DNA of 63,129 nucleotides, filler included, from Cercozoa sp. M6MM (lineage: Eukaryota > Protista > Endomyxa: Ascetosporea), in assembly GCA_040357565.1 (NCBI GenBank). It is 10 parts of 10 records of this genome, joined end to end, with 100 filler letters (N's around TTAATTAATTAA, not from the genome) between each part and the next. Parts side by side here need not be neighbours in the genome. Positions count along the whole stretch, not along the records: positions 45,215 to 51,567 come from JBDODJ010000750.1; positions 51,668 to 60,354 come from JBDODJ010000517.1; positions 60,455 to 61,741 come from JBDODJ010002075.1; positions 61,842 to 63,129 come from JBDODJ010002074.1; 6 more parts are not named here. The stretch is one strand, 5' to 3'. The notes under the pieces are model-generated. The model was given only the letters and a program-made list of their open reading frames with translations, had not been told where the DNA came from and searched no databases. The translations under genes were made by a program, and so were the position numbers. The stretch's first letter is position 1, and the number at the start of each line of letters is the position of its first letter. This document shows, piece after piece, positions 49,701 through 63,129 of the stretch.

Positions 49701-51567
49701 TCTCTGCCAGGTGCCTTGAAAGGTGGAAGAGTGTTGATTGCAGCTTCCAGTTCGTCCTTTGTCCATGGTTTTGGTGCTTGTTGCAGTTGTGCTGCCTGTT
49801 GTAACACCTCTTGGTGTTGTTGTGCGAATCTGTTCTCTTCGAGTACTTCATTGTTCATTGCGAATTGGGACCAGTCTAGTGTAGTTTTCTTTTGTAATTG
49901 TTCTGCAAAGATCTCTGCGATGGCTTTGTCTTCTGAGGCACCCTCAATTGTTGAGGCTCTGGTAGCGCCATTTGTTTCTCTGTCATTGATGTTTCTCAGT
50001 AGTCGAGTGGTCTCCCCGATTGTTGTGTGCGCGTTCAGTCTGGCCACTCTCTCCTGCCATAGTGCTTGTCTATCAATGCGAAGGCTTTGTCTGAGTTGTT
50101 TTCTCATGTTTTTGAGGAGTGCTTCGAGTTCAGACGCATCTTCATTTTTGTTTTTCAGTTCCTTCATGAGTTTCATGGTGCTATATGTGTTCCTCTTGAT
50201 TTTTATCGAGTCGACCGATATGCCTAGGCATGAGTGTTGGGTGATTATTTTGGTGGGTGTTGCCTCTTCTATGGCTTCCTGCATGGCTTTGGTGATGTCT
50301 TCGACTGTGTCATTGATTTGCTCGATGTTGTCCACATCTCTCTCTTGTGATAGCAGTCGGATCGATTCATGTTCTTTGTATTTTTGGAGATCTATCTTCT
50401 TGTAGTTCTTTCTCCGTATGGTGTGTTTTGGTTTACGCACTGCTCGTTCTACTGTGACCATAACAGCGTGGTGGTCGCTGTATAGGAAGTGCAGGTGATC
50501 GTAGACCGATATTGTAGATTGTGCTGAGATGACACTGTCAGCTATCGCAAGGTCTATCGTTGTTCTGGGCTTGGCCTCCGCCTCTCCTCGGACTCTGTAA
50601 CTGTGGGTTGGAGTGTACTTGTTGAGTATCTCCCAGTCATTTTCAGCTATTGCTTCTTGTAGGGCAATGCCTTGCTTGTTCGCCCGCGCTGATGTGGTTC
50701 TCGTTGTACCGTTGTCTACGTGTTCCTGGGAGTACCCAGCTTGATCTCTGGTATGTGCACACCACTTGGCGTGTTTTGCATTGAGGTCGCCAAGAATGAG
50801 ACCAAACTCCAGTGTTCTGCTGTGGAATTCCTTGAAGTCAGTTGTCAGTTGCTGCATTTGTTCCTTGCAGTTTCTGTCGGTTGGATGGATGTAAGCGTAC
50901 CATAGATGGAATCTCGTTCTCTTATGTTGTCCCACTCTTAGGTGGATGTACGAGGATGTTGCTGGGTTCCAGACACCAACTATATGTAGCAGTGCTTTGT
51001 GTTTGCTGTATATGAGTGTGCCTTCTCGGAGTGTCTTGTTGTCTTCTTTGGATAGTTTTGGCGCGATGGAGGCGACCAGTGTGTATTCGTTTAGTCTTTG
51101 CGGTGGGTTGTTGTGTCTGGTTTCACTTAAGCATACGACGTCCGGCCTTTCTTCGGGTTGTAGGCAGTATATGCTGCTCAATAGTTCTTGTTGTTTTTCC
51201 TTGTTGAAGGTGTTCACGTTTTGGTGTAGGATGCGTAGTTTCGTACTTCTTTCAGCGTGGTTCTGTAAGGCCCCGATCTTTGCCCGTCTGAAGGCCTGCT
51301 GTATCGTTGCCCCGTTGAGTGTGCGTCTTGCGGTGCATCTGTGCTTAACTCGTTTGTCTGCGCGTTCGTACAGTTCTTTTATTCTTTTCTGTCCTGTCTC
51401 AGGTTCCTGGATTTCTCCTTGTTCTAGCATGTATGCTCCTAGGCCTATTTCCCTCATGTCGGGTATAATTATCTCATCAATGTGACGATCGTTGTTATTG
51501 TTGTCATCACTCTCATAGGCTTCTATTCCAATCTCTCTCATACCTGGTATCCCGATCTCGCCGTTTG
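46794..51567 (-). mobile_element. Non-LTR retrotransposon (I group, Ingi/Tad1-like): APE + RT + RNase H + CCHC; degraded, 5' end off-contig
   Basis: APE: HQNVN, CLSET, GDLNA, IDL, SDH. RT: YRPISLL, LDIKGFFD, PQG, YADD. RNase H: TDGS, AE, DN, WVPSH...NELAD. C-terminal CPDC...H...C. In-frame TAG at 49601-49603, frameshift near 48965, (CTAA)3 tail at 46794-46805. Confidence 0.95.
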
Positions 51568-51687
51568 NNNNNNNNNNNNNNNNNNNNNNNNNNNNNNNNN
51601 NNNNNNNNNNNTTAATTAATTAANNNNNNNNNNNNNNNNNNNNNNNNNNNNNNNNNNNNNNNNNNNNCCCCCCCCCCCCCGGGCAGG

Positions 51688-52918
51688 TGTGTCACACGGC
51701 GGACGAGGCCTTGCAGTACTACGCCGCACAGCGCACAAAAAACCGCAAGGGTCACTTATGTTGTTTTTCTTGTTTATCTTGTTGTTTTTTTCTTGTTGTT
51801 TTTCTTGTTGTTTTTTTCTTTGTGTGTTTGTTGTTTGTGTGTTTGTTATGTGTGTGTTTGTTGTTTGTGTTTTTTTTGTTGTCTTTCCGTTGTTGCGCGT
51901 GTCCGCGCGGATCGGTGAAAATGCGGAAATTCGCGGGCAACTGTGCAGGCGTGACGATTCCGTCGCAGATTCGCTACACGCACTACTTCGAGCGCTTCCT
52001 GCGCAGTCGCGAGGTACTTGCCTTCTTTAAGGGGGTCGTACCCCAGTTAAGGGGGTCATAAACTAGTTAAAGGGGTGATAAACGAGTTAAGTTGTGTGTG
52101 CTTAGTCGGGCGAAACACTGGCGAACCCGGGCGTGTTTTTGAAGACACTTCGCGTGCACACGCTGCCCTACGTCCTTAAGGACGTCAAGCTGTCCAACAT
52201 CTTCTTTGTGGTACGAGTGGACTACACACCGCAGCCTTAAACAAAACAAAGCGAGTGTTACCCTCTGGCGCAGTGTGAGAACCGCGGCGACAAATACGTC
52301 TCGAAAAAGGTCGTGCCGGCCGTGCTCAAGTAGGCCCAACCAGCTGTATTCAGTTCGAGATTGAGACGCTTGTTTTGCGGTGCTCACAGGGAGGGTGCCG
52401 GTCTGCAAGGCACCGACATGATCGAATGGGAAATCGGTCGCCACGTGGGCTTTCTTTTTGCTCTGACATTTTTGGCTTCCCAAACACACGAAAAACAGAT
52501 CTACTGATGTGCGACTGTGTGTGTGCAGTTGCCAGTGAAGGGTGATGTGCGCATTATGCTGTGCTTCTCGTCCATGATGAAGAAAAAGACCAAGGTGCGT
52601 TTTGCTTTTTCGTATTTCCATTTTGTGTTTTGAGCTTTTGGTTTTTGGCAGGTCTTGCAGCTCTGGTTCCACACGATGTTCCTCAACGGCCGGCGCTTGC
52701 TTTTGACCAAGTTTGAGATCGAGAAGCCGCACAAGGATCCCAAGCACAAGCTGGTACGTCTTTGCGAGAACAAAAACGGAAGCAAAACACAAAAATTGTT
52801 TTTCTTGCAGTTTGACGAGCGGTTGGCGATTGAGCTGCTGTTTGAGGAGCGTGATGACCGAACAGCGGAGCGTCTGACCACAGTGCGCTCAGCGCTTGAC
52901 ACAACGTTCACGCATTGA
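51688..52918 (+). CDS. PTEN: PTEN phosphatase, 5' partial
   Basis: [31 protein letters not shown], then C2 region LPVKGDVRI, LWFHTMF, LTKFEIEKPHKDPKHK-FDE. Confidence 0.9.
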
Positions 52919-53044
52919 GCTAGACGCGAACGACTGGCGGACTCGACTGACTCGACTGGCTTCAGTTCGTCATGCGTGGGCCGGCTCAGTTTTATTGTTA
53001 TGATTGTTTGTACCACACGTTACGGTCAGTCAGGCCTGTCTGAG

Positions 53045-53175
53045 TCCCGGTGCTCCGCGCGGGAGAAAGTCACTCACCCAGGACGCGCATGGGAAACGTT
53101 TTTTGTATCTGGTAAGCCACCCCGGACTGGCGAAGGGAACTACAAGTATAGGTTGCTCTCTACTATAGCTAACCA
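53045..53175 (+). mobile_element. Distant relative of the LINE 3'-UTR module (copy D)
   Basis: 53117-53154 ccaccccggactggcgaagggaactacaagtataggtt resembles the 3' core of copy A; 53045-53084 resembles 14574-14616. Confidence 0.5.
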
Positions 53176-53331
53176 CGTAAAGTAGACTCCAGATGGGAAC
53201 TGCATCAGGACTACCTCATGTCGATCCCATTTGTTCCTTTAGGCTTTTTCTGGGATCGTACTCTTTTCAGTTCTGCGTTAACATCTACACTGACATAGCC
53301 AACTCAAACTAACTTTGTACAGTACTCCGAG

Positions 53332-54543
53332 TTATTTCGAGTCCAGCAGCACGTGTTTCTGGTAGCACAGGAGGCAGTAGATCAAGTCAAACCAGCGCAG
53401 CTCAGGCCACAGTCGTTTCGTCCAGTGAAGGTAGGCGTCGCTGGCACGTAGGGACTGAAAGTCGCTCAGTCGTGTGTCGCCTCCTGACCTGACCACCTTC
53501 AACAGAGACAGGGACATCAGTTAGTACAAAAGGGAACACAAAGGAGAGGTACAATGTCGATGGGAGGCAGGTCGGCATGGTACATGTGCGAGCTCAGACG
53601 TCGTCTGAACTCTTCGGGCGTGTCTCTCGACGTGTTGCTGTCAGTCAGCGCATTCATCGCGTGACACAGCTCCGTTTCAAACGAGTAGACGAAACAAATG
53701 TTCAGAATGTAACTGCGCAAAGCAATGTAATTCAAAACCCAGCACAGCTAAGGTAACAAAGAGCGAAAGTACTCGGAAAAAACAGCAGTTTCTTGTTCCA
53801 GCTCGGCGCACAAATCGCGCAAATCTCGCGGAAGCTTGCTCAGATCGCCAGAAATGCGGATTCCTACTTTAGCGTCTTCTTCCTCATCATCGCTATCGCC
53901 GCTTTCACTTTCGCTTTCGCTTTCGTTTGCTTCGCATTCGCTTTCACGTTCGCTTTCGCTCTTGCTTTCGCTCTTGCTTTGGCGAAACTCACGACTCGTG
54001 AATTCGCAAGATTCATTGCGCACACCTGCGACTCGCCTTCTTCGCGTGCGATCATCAGCAACACTCTCATCGAATCCCGTCACTCGGTTCGCGTTTCTTC
54101 CCTCGTTTCGTGATAGAGTCTGCGGACTTTCGCGTGCTCTGAGTCGTCGTTTCACACGACGCGCCGCACGAAGCAATTCGCGAAACTTGTGACGCGCAAG
54201 TTCAAATAGCTCAGACACCTCGTTTTCGCCTCGTGCAAAGTTCTGCGTCGCGAAAGCCCAGACTGTAACGACCTTGATGCCGCACTGCGACATACAAGTA
54301 AATTAATTGATTAGCTGGCGGCCTGGAGAACTCTTGAATTAGACTGACCTGCCGACACCAACGAAGGACATAACGCATGCTGCTGTATCCTTGTGCGTGC
54401 CCGCGGCGAATCGGGAGGCCCTGGCGACGAGCAAAGCGACGGTTGCCATCCATGATGAAGGCCACATGGCGCGGTATTGGCCCGAGGCGTACGATACGCG
54501 CCACTGCACGCTCCAAACACCCGCCGCGTTCACTGGCCTGCAT
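53332..54543 (-). CDS. DHDDS: cis-prenyltransferase (dehydrodolichyl diphosphate synthase catalytic subunit)
   Basis: GPIPRHVAFIMDGNRRFAR, GHAQG, VTVWAFATQNFARGENEV, LNICFVYS, VRSGGDTRLSDFQ, LWPE. Confidence 0.92.
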
Positions 54544-54827
54544 TGCAGGCACGTTTAGATGCGCAGACGCACCACACAGCGCGAAAAAAGCAGATGATCA
54601 CTCGGTCAGCCGTTGAGCCGGGAGACTGTGAGCCAGCAGGACTTCGGAGTCCCGTTGGTCGACCGTCAGCGTTGACGAACAATAACGAACGCCGGTGCCG
54701 CTTAACGCACTTTAGTCTGCTCGCAGGGGCCTGATTCTGCACGTGCGTGCCGCGTCTCTGACGTGATCACTTCTCCTTTTTGATCTGATCGTCTGGAATT
54801 ATTTATCCGTGGCTGGGCACGTTCATC

Positions 54828-60260
<5,433 letters not shown>

Positions 60261-60304
60261 AAACCGATGCTAGACACAACTGCGATCGTGGTAGCCTCCC
60301 TCAG

Positions 60305-60354
<50 letters not shown>

Positions 60355-60530
60355 NNNNNNNNNNNNNNNNNNNNNNNNNNNNNNNNNNNNNNNNNNNNTT
60401 AATTAATTAANNNNNNNNNNNNNNNNNNNNNNNNNNNNNNNNNNNNNNNNNNNNGGGGGGGGGGGGGTAAGCGGGGTAGGGGGGTAGGGGGTAAGGGGTA
60501 AGGGGTAAGGGGGGTAGGGGGGTAAACTAC

Positions 60531-61068
60531 CGATCCAGCATCTTCTGGTCGAGTTTCGGGAACTTGCTCAAATCGTGCTGCTGCAGGAGTTCGCTACGAC
60601 ACAACTGTGTTTACCCCCCCCCCCCCACCCTCTACCTCCCCTATATTTTTATCCCCTATCCTCACCCCCTACCTCCCACCACCCCCTCCCCTCCCCACCC
60701 CTACCCCCATCCTCACCCCCTACCCCACCCCCTACCTCCTTCCCCTTTACCCCCCAGTACCGGAAGACGCGCGGGTTGGGAAAGTCGCCGCTCGGAATGT
60801 TGTGCTGCCGCTGGATGGCACGGAAGTGTTCCTCGAGATTGTTGAGCACCTTGCGCTTCGTCTTGTCCTTGCCGAACCAGCCGAACTGACCTGCAGTCAC
60901 ACACTCCCTTAACCAGTGACACCCTTAATCAGCACACCTCCTTAATTAGTAGCCACCCTATTAACTACATCTCCTTAAGCAACACCCCTTGGAAACAAGG
61001 CTACCACGCAGGTGATTCAGAATCAGCGCGTGCGTTCGCACCAGACGCGCGCGCTTCACCGCCTCCTG
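60531..61068 (-). CDS. EHD1: EHD/RME-1 protein, helical region (fragment)
   Basis: EAVKRARLVRTHALILNHLR-QFGWFGKDKTKRKVLNNLEEHF...GDFPNP...DLSKFPKL. Confidence 0.85.
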
Positions 61069-61203
61069 CCCAAGGGGGTAAGGGGGGGGGNNNNNNNNNN
61101 NNNNNNNNNNNNNNNNNNNNNNNNNNNNNNNNNNNNNNNNNNNNNNNNNNNNNNNNNNNNNNNNNNNNNNNNNNNNNNNNNNNNNNNNNNCCCCCCCCCC
61201 CCA

Positions 61204-61741
61204 GAATCAACGAAGCCTTGTCGCTCGATGTGCCGCGTCTGATGCGTCAGCTGCCTGGTTTTACCCCTTACCCCTCACCCCTTACCCTCCTTACCCTTCC
61301 ATGTAGGCATCGCGGACAATGCCGACAGCGAGGCGATCGAAGGAGAGGCGGTGAATCCGTTCGACGCGGCGGAAGCGACGCCGGACGCTGCCGTCTATGG
61401 CGAGACTGGTCTTACCCCCCTACCCCTTTACCCCTTACCCCCCTTTACCCCCTTTACCCCTGTGGGCAGGCTGGTGCGTCTCGTCGATCGAGAAAGACGA
61501 ATACGACAATTTGTTCTTCTCGCAACAACTGCGCAACGGCAAACTCTCCGGCGCTCAGGCACGACAGGTGGGTTTACCCCCCATCCACCTCTTACCCCCT
61601 TACCCCTCCGTACCCCTCAGGTGATGCTGGAAAGTCAGGTGGCGCCCCCGCCGCGGCGGGGGGGGGGGCCCCCATTTACCCCCCCCCCCCCCTATTTCCC
61701 CTCCTCTTTACCCCCCCCCCACAGATCTGGGAGTTGGGTGA
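61204..61741 (+). CDS. EHD1: EHD protein C-terminal linker and EH domain (fragment)
   Basis: INEALSLDVPRLM, NPF, WCVSSIEKDEYDNLF...NGKLSGAQARQVM...IWEL. Confidence 0.82.
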
Positions 61742-61933
61742 NNNNNNNNNNNNNNNNNNNNNNNNNNNNNNNNNNNNNNNNNNNNTTAATTAATTAANNN
61801 NNNNNNNNNNNNNNNNNNNNNNNNNNNNNNNNNNNNNNNNNGGGAGGGGGTAAAGGGGGGTAAAGGGGTAAAGGGGGTAACGGGGGGGTAAAGGGGGTGA
61901 GGGTGTAAGGGGGGTAAAGGGGGCTAAGTCTAC

Positions 61934-62358
61934 CAGGATGTTGTTGAGTTGATCGACGCCGTCCAGCTTGGCCAGCAGCTGATTGACGACGGTGTCGTTC
62001 ACGTGACCGCCGGCGCCGCCGCCCACCGAGGCACGCTGGGGGTAGGGGGGTAAAAGGGAGGGGTAGGCAGCACAGGGCGTAAGACAGGGGGCTAAAGGAG
62101 GGGGGGGGGGTAAAAACCCACCTTGCGGCAGATGGCGTCGATCTCGTCGAAAATAATCAAATGCAGCGCCGATTTGTCTCCTTTTTCGCGCTGCTCTGTG
62201 TAGCCACAATATAGCCATTTGTAGCCTTACTTTGTAGCCACCCATGTAGCCACCCTTCGGTACCCTGCTCGGCCGGTTCGAACAGCTTGCGCACGGCCTC
62301 CTCGCTCTTGCCGACGAAACTGTTCAGGATCTCCGGTCCACTCACGATTATCGGTTCC
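61934..62358 (-). CDS. NSF: NSF/Sec18 AAA ATPase D1 fragment (identical second copy at 62583-63007)
   Basis: EPIIVSGPEILNSFVGKSEEAVRKLF, LHLIIFDEIDAICRK, VNDTVVNQLLAKLDGVDQLNNIL. Confidence 0.92.
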
Positions 62359-63129
62359 TGGGGGACATGGGGGGGTAAACTGGGGGGTAAACGAGGGGGG
62401 TAAACTGGGGAGTAAACTGGGGGGTAAACTGGGGGGGTAAGCAGGGGTCAACGGGGTGTAAACGGGGGGGGGGGGGGGGGNNNNNNNNNNGGGAGGGGGT
62501 AAAGGGGGGTAAAGGGGTAAAGGGGGTAACGGGGGGGTAAAGGGGGTGAGGGTGTAAGGGGGGTAAAGGGGGCTAAGTCTACCAGGATGTTGTTGAGTTG
62601 ATCGACGCCGTCCAGCTTGGCCAGCAGCTGATTGACGACGGTGTCGTTCACGTGACCGCCGGCGCCGCCGCCCACCGAGGCACGCTGGGGGTAGGGGGGT
62701 AAAAGGGAGGGGTAGGCAGCACAGGGCGTAAGACAGGGGGCTAAAGGAGGGGGGGGGGGTAAAAACCCACCTTGCGGCAGATGGCGTCGATCTCGTCGAA
62801 AATAATCAAATGCAGCGCCGATTTGTCTCCTTTTTCGCGCTGCTCTGTGTAGCCACAATATAGCCATTTGTAGCCTTACTTTGTAGCCACCCATGTAGCC
62901 ACCCTTCGGTACCCTGCTCGGCCGGTTCGAACAGCTTGCGCACGGCCTCCTCGCTCTTGCCGACGAAACTGTTCAGGATCTCCGGTCCACTCACGATTAT
63001 CGGTTCCTGGGGGACATGGGGGGGTAAACTGGGGGGTAAACGAGGGGGGTAAACTGGGGAGTAAACTGGGGGGTAAACTGGGGGGGTAAGCAGGGGTCAA
63101 CGGGGTGTAAACGGGGGGGGGGGGGGGGG

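Noticed and set aside
51400-51567. 2A-like peptide upstream of the LINE APE domain (as in ingi/L1Tc)
   Set aside because: There is no D(V/I)ExNPGP motif in the visible part, only a duplicated MREIG(I/L)xAY motif; the 5' end is off-contig.
61842-63129. Tandem duplication of NSF exons
   Set aside because: The two ~640-bp copies look identical, introns included, and are separated by 10 Ns between G-runs. This is typical of an assembly overlap artefact.

Overview
Eukaryotic, intron-dense, gene-compact DNA from a probably flagellated protist (IFT54 is present; the lineage cannot be assigned from sequence alone). The window is not contiguous. It is about 10 contigs joined by artificial N44-TTAATTAATTAA-N44 spacers, plus a few plain N gaps, so genes on either side of a spacer are not neighbours. 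I reconstructed gene models by hand across GT-AG introns: homeobox protein, IFT54 with a duplicated N-terminal domain, TRPV-like channel, PHD-like protein, C2/formin-like protein, F-box/LRR protein, TOP2, extended TBP, Patched/NPC1-like protein, DHFR, Gln-rich Zn-finger CaaX protein, U2AF65, proteasome beta-7, ARV1, a large kinase, PRIM2, PTEN, DHDDS, a DH-PH-FYVE-RhoGAP protein, EHD and NSF. A degraded APE-RT-RNase H non-LTR retrotransposon is also present. Two patterns stand out. (1) A structured ~145-nt module from the 3' UTR of this LINE recurs as short copies just downstream of host stop codons, and two copies break at essentially the same site, one of them at the LINE's own tail (possible self-targeting and SIDER-like 3'-UTR elements). 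(2) Many introns are filled with a few shared simple-repeat families (TTTACCCCCC, TTGAG/TTGCT, GT). The standard genetic code fits. Exon boundaries are manual and approximate.
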